From the NCBI RefSeq assembly GCF_006345805.1, contig NC_043003.1, positions 74,772,001 through 74,836,000 on the forward strand: a stretch of DNA of 64,000 nt. The letters run 5' to 3'. Source of the stretch: Octopus sinensis (taxonomy: Eukaryota). The translations under genes were made by a program, and so were the position numbers. Below the pieces are notes generated by a model. The model saw only the letters and a program-made list of their open reading frames with translations, did no database searches and was not told the DNA's origin. Positions 63,917 to 64,000 of the stretch are shown here, piece after piece (within the stretch, counting starts at the first letter, position 1; each line of letters starts with the position of its first letter).

Positions 63917-64000
63917 TTATTATTATTATTATATTATTATTATTATTATTATTATTAGTATTCTTCAAGTCACTGCCTGGAATTGAACTCGAAATAACGT
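63670..64000 (-). mobile_element. Probable SINE-like element cut by the window edge: B box, (AAT)n(AAG)n tract, degenerate hammerhead
   Basis: Minus strand GAGTTCAATTCC (B-box-like, about 63979-63990), microsatellite 63805-63958, then ATAC-CTCTTGA-ATGCTG...CAACC-GAAGC-GTT-GTGT. Confidence 0.45.

Overview
AT-rich eukaryotic genomic DNA crowded with (TA)n/(CA)n microsatellites and retro- and rolling-circle elements. The repeat landscape suggests a cephalopod (Octopus-like), which is an inference. Only one convincing host gene is present: a single-coding-exon GT31 beta-1,3-glycosyltransferase (57260-58426, +). Most short ORFs in the track are microsatellite or repeat artefacts. The main candidate novel system lies at 37.7-49.0 kb. 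It is five diverged copies of a retroelement about 1.8-2 kb long when complete, encoding only a Gag/ORF1-like protein (SYA motif, RRM-like region, CCHC knuckle, K/E-rich linker, unfamiliar C-terminal 'ELPPVV' domain) followed directly by AATAAA and no reverse transcriptase. Three copies form a head-to-tail array, one copy has a perfect 21-bp TSD, and pieces of one recurring target sequence sit at four junctions. Other notable items: several type-I hammerhead ribozyme motifs, including two U3-A8 core variants; a SINE/CR1-like LINE pair sharing a 3' tail hairpin; nested Helitrons carrying a two-variant 97/98-bp tandem array; a perfect 48-bp hairpin; and an R4/Dong-like LINE that keeps both ends but lacks the RT. 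All alignments and folds were done by eye and coordinates are approximate to a few bases.
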